Positions 11,633 through 25,162 of a DNA stretch of 64,000 nt are shown here, piece after piece; the stretch's first letter is position 1, and each line of letters begins with the position of its first letter. Under the pieces are notes generated by a model, which did no database searches, had not been told where the DNA came from, and was given only the letters and a program-made list of their open reading frames with translations. Where the stretch lies: contig ML996693.1 of assembly GCA_010356995.1 (NCBI GenBank), positions 62,001 through 126,000 of the forward strand. Direction: 5' to 3'. A program made the translations under genes and the position numbers. The stretch is from Trichodelitschia bisporula. Taxonomy: Eukaryota.

Positions 11633-14620
11633 CTACACCAACCGCAGCCTAATCTTCCTCTTCCCTGTACTCTCCTCAAGCTCATCCGTAATCCCAACCT
11701 TAACCCTCTGAAACAGCTCCACATCACGCCGCACCTCCCCCCCAATCCTAAGCACATACCGATCACCATCAAACTCACTCTCCTTCTCATCCACCCCCAA
11801 ATCCTTCAGCCGAACCACATCCTCCACCCCAAACCTTGGCACAATAACCACAAACCCATTCGAGAAAACCCGCATCACATACGCCTCCTCTACTAATGAC
11901 CGCCCCTTAAGCGCCTGTCCAACATAGTACGACACGCTCGCACGCCCCGCGAGCTGCGCATTCCGATGCCGCACATTGATGTTCTTGCACACGGCCTCGA
12001 GCTTCGCGCGCGAATGCAAGCTCTGGTGCAGAACCTCATACTCGATCGCCGCAGCCAACTGCCGGTGGACTTCGAGATCGGCGTACCGGCGAATCGGCGA
12101 CGTGAAGTGCGTGTAGATCTCGCTGGCGAGCCCGTAGTGGCGGAACTCGGGGTACGCCTGGGTGCCGGCGCAGAAGTACTCAGCGGACATCATGCACCGC
12201 GTGGCGAGGATGCGCACCATGGTGTTGAAGAAGGGGACGGTGGGGTCGACGCACGTGTCCAGGCTGTCGGCGAGGGCTTTGCTGCTGTCGCTGCGCAGCG
12301 TCATGCCCTTTTTGACTTTGAGTTGGACGGCTAGATCCTCGAAGTTGCTCTTCGGGGGCGCAGCGTGGCGGCGGAGTAGCGCCGTCTGCGGGAAGGCGGT
12401 GTACACCTTCGCGGCTACGGATGTGTTGGCGAGCAACATGAACTCCTCGACGAGCGAGTTGGTGTCCAGCGCCTGCTTGGTCTTGACGTCGATAGGGTCC
12501 GAGGTCTCCGACTCGAGCTCGACGCGCACCTCCGGGCTAGCGAGATTAAGCGCTCCGGCGTCCATACGCTTCTGCTTGAACTTCTTCGACAGCATCATCA
12601 GCACGCGCATGCTCTTGGTCAAATCGTCCTGCTGCGATGCGTCGTCGATGCGCAGCTGCGCCTGCTCGTAGCTGAAGGCTTCGCGCGAGCGGATTACAGA
12701 CTTCGTGAAGTTGGCGTTGATGATGTTGGCGTCGCTGTCGATTTCCCATAGCACAGAGAAGGCGTAGCGCTCGACGTATGGCTTGAGTGAGCATAGGTCC
12801 GTCCCGAGCAGCATGGGCAGCATGTCAATGCGCTTGTCCACCAGATACACAGTCGTCCCGCGGATGCTGGCCTCCTTGTCCATGGCCGTGTTCGGCTTGA
12901 CAAAGTGCGAGACGTCGGCGATGTGCACTCCAACCTCGTAATTGCCGTTTGGTAGCGGCCGCGCGTGCAGTGCATCATCAATGTCCACGCACCCCACGGG
13001 GTCGATACTGCACACGATGAGATCGCGGAGATCCCTGCGTCCTTGCCAGCCCGGGTCGGCCTTTTCCTGCGGAACCTTCCAGTCGTGACCCTCGCGCGGC
13101 AGACAGTCTAGCACGGCATTGGCAAAGGGCCGGTACTGCACGTCGTACTCAAGCAGCAGAGCTTCCGTCTCGGCGCCCTTGGTTTCAAGATCGCCGAGCG
13201 AGCGCACAAAGTGGCCAAAGGGATAGCGCGAATCCCGGTCCCACGCGTCGATAGTAACGAGAATGCGTTTCCCAAGTAGCTCGCCCGCCTGACGTGTGCG
13301 CATCCGGATCTTCGGGATTCTCCTATCCATCGGACGCACGAACACCATCTGCTGCTGGCGACTGTGCTTGTCTGTCGACTTGACTGAGTCGCGGTCCACA
13401 TGCCCGACGTACTGCCGCCAGTTGCGCTTGATGACACCAACCACGCGTGCAGTGGGCTGGAGCCGGTTCTCGGCGGTGCTGCGCTGCGTCTGACGGACTT
13501 CTTCTTGCAAGGCACGACGGTCCCGCTCCGTGACCACTTCCTCGCCGTCCTCCGCGTCCGGGTTGTCGTTCTTGTCGAGTGACTCTTCTTCCACGAGCTT
13601 GGACGAGGGAGCCTTCCACTGATCCTTGGGGAGGATCTCGATAGCTACAACATCGCCAGAAACGGCACGGTTGGCGTTCTCGCGGCCAAGAATGAGCAGC
13701 GACTTCTCAAACGCTGGGACGTGGACAGAGCCTTCCAGGAAGTTATATGCAGATATGTTGAAGATGCCCTGGTGGATAGTACCAGCCTTGATGCCCGTGA
13801 GGAGCTTGGACATGGAGTAGTACTCCGGGTAGAACATCTCAGCTTTCCCACCAGGCCGGCGCTCATGCAGCTCGCTGATCATATCCAGCAGATGCGTTGC
13901 ATCGTCCAGATGTGACACATACTCAACGAGCTTCATACCGTCGATTTTCTCTGCTTTGGCCTTCGCCAGGTTACCTTTATCATCACTGATCATGACAACG
14001 GCAGGGGGCTTGCGGCCGTTAACGGCCATGGCCAGATGGCCCGCGTACCACGCCACAGCGGCACGCACCGCGCGGTCATTGCGGTCGTTGATAGTTTCGC
14101 CCGGGAGCCGCAGCACGTGAGTTTCGGCGCGGAACTCGTTGAAGAAGACGTAGAAGCGCTTGCTTTCATTTTTCGTCAGATTTACGAGCCGGTGATACAG
14201 CGGCAGAGAGCGGTTCCGGACTTCCTCGAGAACTGTCTGAAGGACTATTACGTCATGGAAGGCAGATTCCACCTCAAAGAGGTCCATTCCCGTGAGAAAT
14301 GCATTCGTGTCCGGGATGAGATAGTGGCCTTGCGGGAAACGCTTCGTGCCAGCCGGTTTTGCCGAGAGAACGAACGGTTGCGCTGCTGGGTCAGCGTTTG
14401 ATCAGAGCAGTACAAAAGACCTACCTTGGTTTTGAGAATTTGAGGGAGCATGCTTTAAACAGGCTTCACAGAGCATCGACGAGCAGGGAATGTCCCGCCG
14501 CAGATAGACCTCCCGCACTATTTTCTGGACTTTGCCGCTCTTCGTCGACCGCACGTAGACCTTGCTGGCAAGCTCCGGTCCACCGCCATCCGCACGCCAG
14601 GGACGTTTAAGACTCGTCAT
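11633..14620 (-). CDS. DIS3: Exosome catalytic subunit Dis3/Rrp44 (PIN + RNB domains)
   Basis: REVYLRRDIPC, PDTN (PIN), SIDPVGCVDIDDALH and HFTSPIRRYAD (RNB). One intron at ~14386-14424 with a tandem CAGCAG acceptor. Confidence 0.97.
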
Positions 14621-14857
14621 GATGGCTGATGAGACAGTTTAGTACAGTGGAGATATTACAGTTGAAGAGGAATGTCGCGAACAAGCGCTCGTGCCGTCCA
14701 TGTCGAAATGCTTGGCACGGCAAGTTTGCCCATAACCTTATGGTCCGTGCGCTGCGCATCCCGCGTTAGATAAGCGCCTCGGGCGACAAGGCAGGGGGAG
14801 CCTGGAGGAGCTGTCGACTGCGAATAGCTTCACCAGCTTCCCCCGCATTCAACCACC

Positions 14858-16393
14858 ATGGCCCTGGACCCTTCGGCCTACATAGGCGCCCTCCAGCAAA
14901 ACATCCGCCAACGGCCTTTGTCCTGGGAAGGCGCTGTGCGCGCAAAAACCATCACCGATGCCGATCTCAAGAAGATAAAGGGCGTGGACAAGGTGCGCAA
15001 GGAGCAGAGGAAGCAAGCTCTTGACGCCGATACGAAGGGATATGTGGCGCTGTTCCTTGGTGATGGCGATGCGCCGAGTATCTTTCAGGCGGCGAGCCAG
15101 CGGCCGGAGCTTGTGCAGTACCTGCTGGTCCTGGCGGGGGACCTGATTGAAGGTCTTTGGTTATAGCTACCCCGCGATATAGCAAGCTCACTCTCTACAG
15201 ATAATCCCGACTTCGTGTCCGCCCTGATCAAGCATCCGAATCCCTACCAGCATCTCCTGCCTCTGCTCAAGCCCACGAACCCCGACGACACGAAGCCCCA
15301 GATCCTCATCCTCACCTCCGCACTGCTCTCCAAGCTCCTCTCCGCAGCAGTCCTCGCGTCGGACAACCCCTCTCCGAACGTCGAAGATGCGCTCACGCAG
15401 CTGTATCTGTATCTCGCTGGATTGGCAAAGTCGTCGGATGCAGAGCTTAAGGACATCGCCGTGCAGGAGTTCTCCGCTGTGTTGCGGACCAAGTTCTCGC
15501 GCGCGCTGTTCTGGAAGCTCAGGAAGGACACTGTTGCACCGCTGTTCGAGATTCTGCGCGCTGCTGCAGGGGCGAATAGCAAGGACAGCGACTCCACCTT
15601 GTGGAGCGGCGAGGGGAGTGTTCGTAGCGTGCCTGAGAGCGGCCTCGCCGGCGGCGTAGGCATTCAGTTGCTGTACCATGTGTTGCTGGTGCTGTGGCAG
15701 CTGAGCTTTGAGGGCACGGCTGTGGGTGACGGCTTGCAAGAGTATGCCGCCTCTATCTTCCGTACATGATACTGACTCAGCAGTGAGCACGATATCCTCA
15801 TCCTCTACGTTCACCTGCTGCGCATCTCGCCCAAGGAGAAGGCTACGCGGCTGCTCCTCTCAACTCTGGTCAACCTGCTTTCTACCAACCGGAACACACT
15901 GCTGCCAACGGCAGTGCTCGCCCGTCTGCCCGCTGCTCTGCAAATCGTCTCCTCGCGCCATCACTCAGACCCCGACCTTCTGGAGGACCTGACAGCGCTC
16001 ACGGAAATGATCGACGAGTACACAAAAACACAGACCACATTCGACGAGTACGCAGCCGAAGTGCGCTCAGGACATTTGCGCTGGAGCCCTCCCCACCGCA
16101 GCGCCACTTTCTGGAGCGAGAACGCGCGGCGCATCATCGAGGAGAACAACGGCGAGCTGCCGCGCAAGCTGGCCGAGATCCTAGGCAAGCCGTGGGATAC
16201 CGATAAGCAAGTCCTCGCCATCGGGTGCAACGACATCGCCTGCCTCGTCAAGGAGGTGCCCGAGAAGCGTCCCGTCCTGGAGCGACTGGGGCTCAAGGCG
16301 CGGGTGATGGAGCTCATGGTCGAGCCGGACGAGACGGTGCGGTGGGAGAGTCTGCGGGCGGTCGGGGAGTGGCTGCGGTACAGCTTCGAGTAG
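14858..16393 (+). CDS. VMA13: V-type proton ATPase subunit H
   Basis: IRQRPLSWEG, GIQLLYH, KEKATR, TTFDEY..E..SGHLRWSPPH, FWSENA. Introns 15153-15200 and 15742-15783 restore the frame. Confidence 0.95.
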
Positions 16394-16553
16394 CAAGCAG
16401 TCTGGGGATTATGTGTCGGAGTCAGCTTGTAGCTTTAGCTGATGCCACTAGTAGCTTTCATGTACAGATCGTCTAGAAATTACGTTGACATCCGCCTACT
16501 CGCACAGCCGAGTCTATGGGGAATCTAACTTAACGCCGGGGATAATAGCAAAG

Positions 16554-18107
16554 CTACTCCTTCTTCGCAAACCCAACGCCCACATATCCCTTCCCCGGGA
16601 GCCCGATAACCGTCCCCAACCCGCGATGCACCTCGACCTGCAGCGGGACGAATGGAAACTTCTCCCCGTCGATGCTGATATACCCGCTCGGAATGCGCGG
16701 CGTGAGTCGGTATCCCACCACCTTGCGATACTCCACATTCTTGTCGTCGAAGAACGTGCCCTTCCCCACCGAATCCATCATCCCCAGCGCGTCCATTCGT
16801 GAAATATCCCCCGGCGTGGTAACCAGATCAAAGCACCCGTCGCGCGGCAGCGCCGCGTGAAAAAAAGTCGTATCCGCCGACATGAGCGGCATATTCCCCG
16901 CGTAGAAATTGCCCAGCTCCGGCACACTGACGGCCGTCCAGCCCGTCGGCAGCGCATCGCCCACCGTCCCAAACCGCAGTGGCGGCAACCCCTCCTCCTC
17001 CCTCCCATCCTCCTCCTCCTCCTTCCCCTCAAGCCCAGCTTCCCACGCCTCCCTGACCCTTTCCTTGCCCTCCACCTGCACACCGACGGCAACATCAGCC
17101 GCATACGTCGTCCTCGCCAAAATCCTTGCCAGCACACCAAGCGTAAACCTCACATCGCCCATCCACCTCAATCCCTCCGTCCCCAAATCAATATCCGCCA
17201 CCAGGCCATATGCCTGACTCAAAAAGCTCAAACTCCTCACCACCTCCCCACCCACGACCTGCGTCACACTCGCCAAATCCACCCCCCTCCTCACCCCCTT
17301 AACCAGCGCCACCGCCGCCTCCGATGCGCTGCCCGTGCCATTCAAATTCCAACTCAACGCATTCCCACTCCCACACGGCATCTGAGACACCGCAACCCGC
17401 CCCAGCGCGCGCCTTGCATCCGCCCTTCGCGCCAAGCCATTGAAAACCTCATGCGGCAGCCCATCCCCCGAACAACACACCACCGCATCGTACGCCTCAA
17501 TATCCAACTCCGCCGCTATAACTCCCGCATGACCCCCCGCCTTCGTGGTCTCGACATCGAGCACGCACCGCGCGGCATCGAGGATGGGCTTTATCTCGGC
17601 GTTGTAAAGCGCCTGCGCGCGCCCCTGCCCGCCGAACGGGTTCACTAGGATTTTGAGCCGTTTGCGCGGTAGCGCAGGCCCGTAGGCGCGGGTTAGCAAC
17701 GCGGCGGCGAAGGATGGCGCGAGAGGCGGGGGGGCGGGGAAGGAGAGTGTGGAGGGGATGAGGCGTTTGGAGGCGCGAGAGGCGAAGGCGATTTCGAGGT
17801 GCGAGGGCGAGGACTCGGCATAGAGGACGAGATGGTAGGGGATTGTACGAGATTTTGAATCGGAAGGAGAAAAGGCGGCGGGACAGCAAGCGGCGAAGGG
17901 CGATTCGGAGGGTGCTTCGGGCGCTGCACATGTTAGCTTCTACTCCGCAACACCGCAAGCGCGCGTACACTCAATCCTCAGCCCGTCCTCCGCAAGCACC
18001 AGTTTCCCAGCGTCGCCCAGGTCGAGCGTTTGGTCGGCATCGTCTACGAGAGTTTCCGCGAGCGTGGGCGGCTCGAACGGCGCATCAGAATCGCCAGACT
18101 GAGCCAT
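16554..18107 (-). CDS. Sphingoid long-chain base (sphingosine) kinase, Lcb4/Lcb5-like, DAGK catalytic domain
   Basis: ILVNPFGGQG, CSGDGLPHEVFNGL, PCGSGNAL, LRWMGDVRF, GYISIDGE. Intron 17924-17968 (GTACGC...GCTAAC...CAG) links exon 1 (ATG 18107) in frame. Confidence 0.92.
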
Positions 18108-18596
18108 GAGCGTGTAACGATGGTGCATAACCGGTGCGCGCTTTCAAGTCGCGCGGCGTAGGGCGCGCTGGGGCCTTAAAGTTGTTTGAACGGGGTGAGC
18201 CTCGCGCGGGAGAAACAGTTGTCCCGGCGCGGGACCCCGCGGAAGCGTCGCGGGTAGCCTTGCCAAGAGCGACGTTGCCCCCCTTGACCGACGATTTGCG
18301 CCGCCAGCTGAAGAGTACGAGCAGACGGGCTGAGAGGGGCAACGCGTATCGGAGACAGCGAGACATAAATCACTCGGACATGGTGAGAATAGGATGCAGC
18401 ATCTAAGATTTCATTTGCGGGTAATCTGGTCGCAGCACAACGCTGCAGAAGCGCTTCTCCCCAACGCCCAGCAACAGCCAACTAGCAGCGCTTTCCCTCC
18501 CATCTCCAACCTCACCTCGTCAACTTGACGTCGTGGAATCATGGAGCAGAAGCGCTCGGGAAGGGGTAGCGCTAGCTTTTAAAGAAAATGGCGAGT

Positions 18597-21500
18597 CTAC
18601 GGTCCCTTGAGCCCCTTGAGGGAACCCAAGCTGAGCGCAAGACCCTGCGACCGACTCCGTATGCGCACGAAGCCGGTGATCGGGCCGTTCTCACCCTCCT
18701 TTTCGACGCTGACATTGGCAAGTGCATCCTCGCCTAAAGAAAATTAGTATAGCCGCGTAGACAAAAGGAAGTAAGTGAACTTACCGAACACGCTCCGCGC
18801 GTAGAGGTTCGCACTCAGGAACTGGCAGTCGCCCTTCATCGAGGCCTCCGGCGTCAGGCACGTCATGTTCGTGCACGCCATCAGCTGCTTAAGGAACTCG
18901 CGCAGCGACTTGCCCTTCGAATTGATGTTCACCTTGTTTTCCCACTCAAACTCGGTCCACATGGCGCGGAATTGCGTCTCAGTGCAGTACGCAGGCTGGA
19001 TGTAGTCCATGATATCCACGTGAAGGTCATTGAGGATAACAACATTCGTCTCGGTGGAGCTGGGACCGTCGTAGACGATGTTGCCGAAAATAACGCCGGT
19101 ATCCGTAGACGACACCTTGATAGTGGCCTGCACGTTCAAGAAGTCATGCGGGGCCAGGTTCTGAACAGACGGCTTCTCGACGACCTTGAGATCGCCCAGC
19201 GTGGCGAATTCGACCGTCAGGTTCTGCAGCGTTTCCATCCTCTGATTCACCAGCAGGACATCGAGGACGATGTCGAACTGCTGGACCTTGACATAGGCCT
19301 CGGCATACACAGCGTCCGAGAAGCCGGTGAGCTGAACGACTCTGTTGAGCTTGGACGACATGTCCTCGGTTGCCGCATCACCACCAGTGGCCTTCTCCAA
19401 GTCCACGTCAAAGTCGTCCGTGCTGTCGAGGGTAGCCTTCTTCGAGAGCTGGCGGATTGACACAACGTCGTCTACCTGGACCGCCGTCTTTGCCTTTTCC
19501 GCAGCGTCCTTCTCAGCGCGCTTCTTGTCCTCAGCCTGGACCATTGATCGGAAAGCCTTCCGCGTATCCTCGAGGAATACAGTCTCCACTTCCTTCTTTT
19601 GTTGGAACTCCGCGAGCGACCGCACGCAAGTCATGATACGGTCGAGCGAGTCCTCATCAATGGGCGACTTGACGAAATGTGACTGGCCAACACGAATGAT
19701 AGAAATCATGATGAGCATAGCCTCCGCGCGCAAGGCATTCGTCCGCTTCTCGTCCTTGGAAATCTCGGCATGGCGCATGACCAGCTTGGTGAGGGTGGAC
19801 GACAGCACAGTGGCAAGGTAGTAGTCGCCCTCGAGGATGAGTTGCCGGAGCGGCGGCTTCGACGCCGCCTTGACAGCCTCCAAGCGCGACTTTTCAGAGG
19901 CCTGGCTGGTGAGGGCACTCTCTGTGGCTGCGCTGCTGTTAGAGAGATTGACAGTATAGGGGAAGCGTACCATATGTGCCGTCAGCAAGGACCTTCGTCG
20001 AACCGGTATGAGCTGCCTTCGCGTGACCATTGACTTGCTCGACCTCTGCACCGTCCTTATTTTGAATCTCTTCGAGAGCCCGCTGCTCAGACGTCAAGAT
20101 CGGAATCTCGCCCAAACTCGACCGTATCCGCCGCCACGCGTCCCGGATGTCCGTCTCGTTCTGGCTGTATTCGCCTACAATCCACAGAGCTCCTCGGTAA
20201 ACCTTGCCCGCCCGGACTTCGCTCAGCGTAGAGACAAGACGCTCCACGATAGACGACCGAAGCTGAGGGAATTTCTCGACAACCTCCTTAATAAAAGTAA
20301 TAACATCCACGGCAGATGTGCTGCTGAAGTCGGCCACAAATTCCATCAGGGATCCAATAACGTTGGAGGCGACGGCAGAAAACTTGATGGCACATTGGTG
20401 TATGCTGTGGATGAGCAGCGACCGATACTCTGAACTCTTGTCCATCTGCTCATCGACCGTCTTCCGAAGCTCTTTTTGAAGCAAAAGCACCACCTCTTCC
20501 ACGTTGCGTGAGTTCACGAGGGCCATCGCGATGTCTAGTGCCTTCTTGCGCACGTCGAGATCCGGGCTGGACAGTACACGCAGGATGTCCATGGTGAGGT
20601 CCTCAAGGATCCCATCATTCTTTTGGCGCAGCACGTCAACCTTTTCCAAAACGATCAGCTTGACATTGTTATCCGGCTCCTTGATCGCCAGCTCCACGAA
20701 CTTGGATGCGGCAGCCTTCACGGCAACGGGGTTCTTGGTGAGCGCAGTGAGAGACGAACTGATTCAGTCAGCAAGGCCAAGTACCCGTAGCACTACTCAC
20801 GCTGCCTCGTATACGACAGTAGACGTATTTGCCTCGAGCAGATCAAAAATGAGCCGCAAGTAGCGTGCCTTATTCTGCGCGTTTGTAACGGCATCCTTGC
20901 GAATGAACTCAAGTTCCACAAGCTGTAGTAGCTCGTCGGCATTCGATATGCCGTCAAATATCCCACTCAGGTACTCCAGCGCCTTCTCGTGACTGATGGA
21001 CGCGAGCGCGGCGAATGCGTTACGTTTTGCCGTCACATCGTTCTCCTCCTTTAAGAAATTGGCGATCAAATCAGGCGCATCTGGAATAAGATGCTCAAAG
21101 TTCTGGAATATGGACGCAATTGCGAACACAGCGTTCTTGCGGACGTATGCGTGCCTGTGCTCCAGACATTGTCGAGCCGGTGCGAGCAGCGGCTCGAAGA
21201 GCTCAGCCTCTCTCAGCTTCGTGAGGAAGCGGAGTGTGTTACCCCTTATATATTCGTTCGGATGCTGGAGGTCGAGCCGAATGCCGTTACTGGAACTGTC
21301 AGCCACCGGACTAGGTCTGCCAGGTCTCAACATACCACACCAGGATCCACTCTTGTCGGAGTTTGCCTGTCATTGTCAGCGTCGAATGCTACTTTGCAAG
21401 GTGCTTCCGTACCATTGTTGTCGTGCTTCGGACAGATCTCATAGTAGTGATACAGGAGCTTCTTCAGCCTACGCTAATCAGCGGGGTAATGCGAGCGTCG

Positions 21501-21727
21501 CGAAGCACACACCTTTTGTCCTTAGACGGCATGACGAAGCGAATGATGTGCATCAGAAGGACCGCCATGGGGTCTCCGCTGAGCATCACTCCCAATATCC
21601 GCTTCATGGTCTCGATCTTCATGTCGTCGTTCCCCTTTTCGAGCTGCGTCTTGAGCTCCTGCAGCGTGGGTTGGTCCGTCGCATCTTGGGTGATGATGCT
21701 GTACGAGTTCTCTAGGAAGGTTGCCAT
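18597..21727 (-). CDS. SEC26: Coatomer subunit beta (beta-COP)
   Basis: [64 protein letters not shown]. Six introns: 21469-21512, 21367-21412, 21290-21335, 20759-20800, 19928-19970, 18734-18784. Confidence 0.97.
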
Positions 21728-22163
21728 GATTGCGGGGATGTGTCTGTTGGCGGTGGGGGAATTGCGGGAGTGGTGCGGGCGGGAGATGCTTCACCGTAAG
21801 GCGAAGTCGCTGACGATGCTAACTATCGGTGGTCGGACGCACCAAAGACTGGAAATGGATTGCGAGTATGTCCCTCCCTATTCCAGCATACTTCTGTGCA
21901 AATAGGGACTTCGTAATTGCATTCGGGACAATAGTTGCGCCAGGCCTACTGTCGTCCGAAGCTCATCGTGTTCATTTCATGACCGGGCTCCTTGGGAAGA
22001 ACATTTTTCCGGGAGCTAGCAACGGGCAAGCAGATGCCTTGGCATGGTCCATGGCCTCAAGATCGCGTTTACTTTTTGTATGCTTCATCTCCAAATCCCT
22101 TGACATCACCCGAATACAAATCATCGAAATTTGAGGCAAAGCTTTGTGATACTTCCAGCAATC

Positions 22164-22849
22164 ATGGCCTCTAACGAGCCATTCTACGTCCGCTACTAGT
22201 TAGTGGGATCTATTCATGCATATCATTGCTAACCATGTGCAGCTCAGGGCACTCTGGCCGCTTCGGTCATGAGTTTCTCGGTTCGTCGCAAATGCAGAAT
22301 ATATAGACGTCTTCTTATAAGAACAGAGTTCGACTTCCGCGCGCTTGGCGATGGTCGCAGCTCCATCGTCCGCTATGCCAACAACTCCAACTACCGCAAT
22401 GACTCCCTGATCCGGAAAGAGAGTACGAGTTTGAACCCCCGTGTGCGGCACTGCTGACTGCCCAGTGTGTGTCAGCGCCTTGGTCATTCAGGAGATCAAG
22501 CACATCATCAAGGACAGCGACATCATGAAGGAAGACGACTCCAAGTGGCCGCAGAAGAACAAGGACGGCCGCCAGGAGCTCGAGATCCGCCTTGGGAACG
22601 AGCACATCTCCTTCGAGGTATGGCTTTTATCTTTTCCAAAGCGCAAGCTAACTGTGACAGACCGCCAAGATCGGGTCCCTGGTCGATGTGCAGGACTCCG
22701 ATGACCCAGAGGGTCTGCGGGTTTTCTACTATCTGGTGCAGGACCTGAAGGCCCTTGTCTTCTCCCTGATCTCGTTGCACTTCAAGGTATATCCTCCGCG
22801 GCGCTCTATTCTTCACGTTTAACCTGAGTCACAGATCAAGCCGATCTAA
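22164..22849 (+). CDS. mago: Mago nashi, exon junction complex core subunit
   Basis: Spliced product [23 protein letters not shown]...[17 protein letters not shown]...[25 protein letters not shown]. Introns 22199-22242, 22281-22326, 22423-22465, 22618-22660, 22787-22834. Confidence 0.97.
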
Positions 22850-23348
22850 GAGGTATGGCTTGCCACTAGCAAGTGCGTTTTCGTCAGGCGGTTCTACCGC
22901 ATCATTACCGGTATCTACGCCCACCCCGGCCTGCTATCTCACAGTTGGCGCAGCTCCGGGACAAGGCCGATCTGGAAGGGTAGTTGCTAACATCTAAGGA
23001 ACAGAAACATTACCTCCTTTGATTCTGGGCTGGCGTTTGACTCTGGGTACGGGGTTGTAACGCTGCAAAAGTGTTGCTCGACATGTGTCGGATACCAGGA
23101 GTTTAGGGCTAGGAATGATAGTGCGAGAATTAAAACTGATATCCCCTGATCACTGCCCAGTCAAGTCGTTGTTGCCGTGAAGAGCACTCTACGTTGTAGT
23201 CGGGAGCAAAACCGAGCTAAACCGCTTTCGAAGGGCATCCGCAAACACTGGGGTGCTCTTAGTGGAGCGGCAGGCGGCCGACACCGTTAAGCTCGAACTT
23301 CCAGATGAAATCCTCCACACCTCAACATCAACCCCACCACCTCCGAAA

Positions 23349-24332
23349 ATGAGGAAGTCACACCTCACACTCCTTCGCACGCTGGCCTACAGCGCTCCCA
23401 CGCGCCAATGTCGCTCCTGCGCCTTCTCCACCCTCCCACGACGCCAAAATACTCCACCCACCACCAAACTCACCACCCCTCCACCTCCACCTCGCGATCC
23501 CGAACCTCCCCTCCCACCCACCAAAGACAGAGATGAAGAAGACACAACTCCCCACCCCCTCGGCCGACCCATCGGTCTCTCGCACCCCCCAAATCCCGCC
23601 GCCTCCCCCCGCCGCACCTGGCGCGAAGCCCACGCCTCGCTCACCAACTACGACAAACACCTCGCCCGGCGCGAAGAACTCAAAGCCACCCTCTCAGTCC
23701 CCTACTTCCGGGACTTCACACGGATGAACCGTGAACGGGGCAAAACATGGCTGGCGAACGAGCGGCTGTGGAAAGCGGAGGCGGCGCGCTGGTTCCCGAA
23801 TCTGCGGGGCAGGACGCTGGGGAGCGGGGGCGTGGTGCGTGATGTTGTCCCGCTGCTTAAGGGGAGGGTGAGTTTGGTGTGCGTGTTTTCGCGCAGTTGG
23901 GCGGAGGCGCAGGTGCGGAGTTTTGTGGGTGAGGAGGAGAATCCGGAGGTGCGGAGGGCGATTAAGGGCAGTGGGGGGAGGGCGCAGATTGTGGAGGTTA
24001 ATGTTGAAGAGGGGGCGCTGTTTGCGGCTATATTGAAGCTGTTTGAGAGACGGCTGCGCGGGATGCGCGATGAGAAGGACTGGGAGAAGTACTTCCTGCT
24101 GCGCAGCCTGCCCAAGGAGGTTCGGGAGGAGATCGGCGTCGTGAATGGCAAGGTGGGGTACGTCTATTTGGTGGACGAGAACTGCAAGATACGCTGGGCG
24201 GGCAGTGGAGACGCGAATGAGACGGAGAAGCAGGCGCTGGTCAGAGGCCTGAACAGATTGATCGAAGGAAAAACAGCGACGCCCCGGCCAACCGATGCAC
24301 CCGGACAAAAACAAACATCGGCTTCAACATGA
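23349..24332 (+). CDS. ATP10: Mitochondrial ATPase assembly factor Atp10
   Basis: Basic presequence-like N-terminus; PLGRPIG, PYFRDF, FPNLRGRTL, VGYVYLVDENCKIRWAGSG. Confidence 0.93.
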   Translation: MRKSHLTLLRTLAYSAPTRQCRSCAFSTLPRRQNTPPTTKLTTPPPPPRDPEPPLPPTKDRDEEDTTPHPLGRPIGLSHPPNPAASPRRTWREAHASLTNYDKHLARREELKATLSVPYFRDFTRMNRERGKTWLANERLWKAEAARWFPNLRGRTLGSGGVVRDVVPLLKGRVSLVCVFSRSWAEAQVRSFVGEEENPEVRRAIKGSGGRAQIVEVNVEEGALFAAILKLFERRLRGMRDEKDWEKYFLLRSLPKEVREEIGVVNGKVGYVYLVDENCKIRWAGSGDANETEKQALVRGLNRLIEGKTATPRPTDAPGQKQTSAST

Positions 24333-24434
24333 CCTTCATCTACAAACAATCCCGAGAAGCGAGAGGTATCTACTCCATGACCTGCCCGGTACCTGAACGC
24401 CTAGCCCCAATGTCGAACCAACGCCAGTCGCTGC

Positions 24435-25162
24435 TCAACGGAAGTACAGCAGCATGAGGAAGCAGAAGGCAATGAACACAGCTAGAATAATCCCATCTCT
24501 CCTCCGCTTGGAGCCTATCCGGGTGATGAGGCTGTTGAGTCCAGGAACTTGATTTGCCGCTTGCGTGATGCGTCGGTTGATGCTGGCCAGGGATTCACGC
24601 TGCAGATTGAAGTTCTCGTTGACCGCATACGCCTGACTGAGCACGTTGTCCGCCATCCCATGGCTCCGCTCGATGCGCGTGCGCTCATCGAGCATGTAGT
24701 CTGCCTCCTCCTGCGCCGGATTGGCCATGCGATAGGACTCGATGTCGGAACGCACGGAATGCAACAGATTCGCCTTTTTGCGCGCATCCGCGATGGTACT
24801 CTTCAAACGATCAAACTCCACGCGATGCTGCGACAGTATCTCACGATGGCGAGAGAGGTTGTTCTGCTTAAGCGCGGACGCCGTAAGGGCAGCTTCGGAA
24901 TCAACCAGGCGGGTGAGTTGTGAGACAACGGTATCGCGGCGGTCGAGGAGCGAGGTCAGCTGGGTTTCGAGGCGGAGCTGTTCCTCGGAGGGGTTTGGGG
25001 GGAGTGTCGTGCTGCTGGCATACTGCGAGTAGACGTGGAACAGATTCTCGGTCTGGAAGAAGTCAGCGCGCTTCTATCTCGCCTCCCTGCGATGCATACC
25101 TGAGTTTCCAGCGACCGCGCTTGCTGGCGCAGTTGCGGCCAGCCTCCGGTTGTAGATGCCAT
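24435..25162 (-). CDS. GOS1: Golgi SNARE Gos1
   Basis: WPQLRQQARSLETQ^TENLFH, RHREIL, PGLNSLITRIGSKRRRD plus C-terminal TM anchor. Intron at ~25053-25099 (GTATGC...GCTGAC...CAG). Confidence 0.95.

Noticed and set aside
22787..22834. U12-type intron in mago (donor GTATATCC)
   Set aside because: It does not match RTATCCTT at the correct register, has no U12 branch motif, and the minor spliceosome is not known in Pezizomycotina.
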